This document shows, piece by piece, positions 62,901 through 64,000 of a stretch of 64,000 nucleotides of DNA (position 1 is the stretch's first letter; the number at the start of each line of letters is the position of its first letter). This DNA comes from Camelus ferus. Lineage: Eukaryota. The notes under the pieces are model-generated. The model made no database searches and was not told the DNA's origin. It saw nothing but the letters and a program-made list of their open reading frames with translations. Both the position numbers and the translations under genes were made by a program. The DNA lies in assembly GCF_009834535.1 (NCBI RefSeq), contig NC_045705.1, positions 31,806,001 to 31,870,000 on the forward strand. The letters run 5' to 3'.

Positions 62901-64000
62901 CATAGATACCATGTATGCATTGCTTATTATTTGAGATGAATCTGCACAGGGATTTTTTCCCCCCCTCATTTAATCGCCACAAACAGCCAAATTATGTAAG
63001 TATTATTATTATGTGGATTTTCTGAAGCAGCTACTGAGCCATAGAGAAGTTGTATGACACCTCCACAGTTTCTTGGCAGGCATGTGATTAATTCCAAAGC
63101 ATACAGCACTAACTACTGTGCTTTCAGGCCCCCCAGTACCCACCTCCTGCCTCACGGAGCTGCTGTGAAGTTCAAAGGACGTAATGTATATGAGAAAACT
63201 CTGGAAAGCAGCCTACACACATTTTTCCTGACCATATCCTTATGTCTGTAAGTTCTAGGCTTTCTTACTGCCTCTGTCAACTCCTTTCTACCAACCAATC
63301 CAACACCAGGCTTCCCAGATGCTGCCTTTCCCCCGGTGCCTGCCTGCACCCTCACCAGCCTGAATATTTGTTCCACTTACTCATGGAACATTTCTTTTCT
63401 GTATATGACTACTTCACGTTGATTTCATGTTTCGCTTATTTCCACAGAGACATGTTTAAGGATTGCCACTCCTTTCACGTTTCTCAGAGTCCTTAATACA
63501 TTAGTAAGGATGCAGTGGAACCAATACAATCCAAGACACCTTATTGACTGGAAGGAAACACCAAGGAGCCGAAGGGCACTGGTAACGCTGGTGCCAGCTC
63601 TTCTCCAGGTTTGAAAACAGATCTGCTACCATAGTCTAGTTGCTGTTTCTCTGTCAACCGGGCACAATGATGCCATTTACTGGCTGTTTCTGGATAATCT
63701 CTGCTTTGGCCAAAACCAAGAATTAAACAGTACCTTGAGCTTCAGTCCGGTGTTGAATCTCAGCATCAGCTGCACTCCTGGTAAGTCCTTTCACACTGGT
63801 CAGTAAGGAGTTACTTTTTCAAAGGCTGTTCAAGTAAAGACAGGAGCAGTTATGATGGATGCTTTTCTTTTATTGGATAGTCTGCTTCCTTCACTTTGCC
63901 CTCATTACTTGAGTAGACAACAAATATTTTGAAAGTTTTTCAGAGGTAATCCATTTCCTTAAATAAGGGCAGGGCTGGTAAATTTCAAATAATTACAATA

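Overview
This is a mammalian olfactory receptor family-4 (OR4A/OR4C) cluster. The L1 3' ends are of cetartiodactyl type and I recognised no ruminant or pig SINEs, so a camelid is plausible; this is inference only. There are four intact single-exon OR ORFs: OR4C-type (4203-5129), OR4A-type (12235-13152), OR4A47-like (24193-25104) and OR4C6-like (59907-60839). There are five OR pseudogenes: three carry a single lesion, one is heavily decayed and one is a truncated relic. The window opens in the 3' part of an env-deleted class I ERV (RNase H tail, integrase, PPT, 3' LTR). It also holds several solo LTRs with 4-bp TSDs, a three-level nest of LTR elements, L1/L2/MIR fragments and one 154-N gap. I see no evidence of a wholly new gene system. 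The best leads are: (i) OR promoter and first-exon modules (homeodomain plus O/E sites) exposed by conservation between paralogs; (ii) a mosaic OR4A47-like triplication with apparent gene-conversion tracts; (iii) an OR gene broken only by a UGA-C stop, a candidate for readthrough; (iv) the nested LTR stack. All alignments and counts were done by eye, and repeat subfamily names are from memory.
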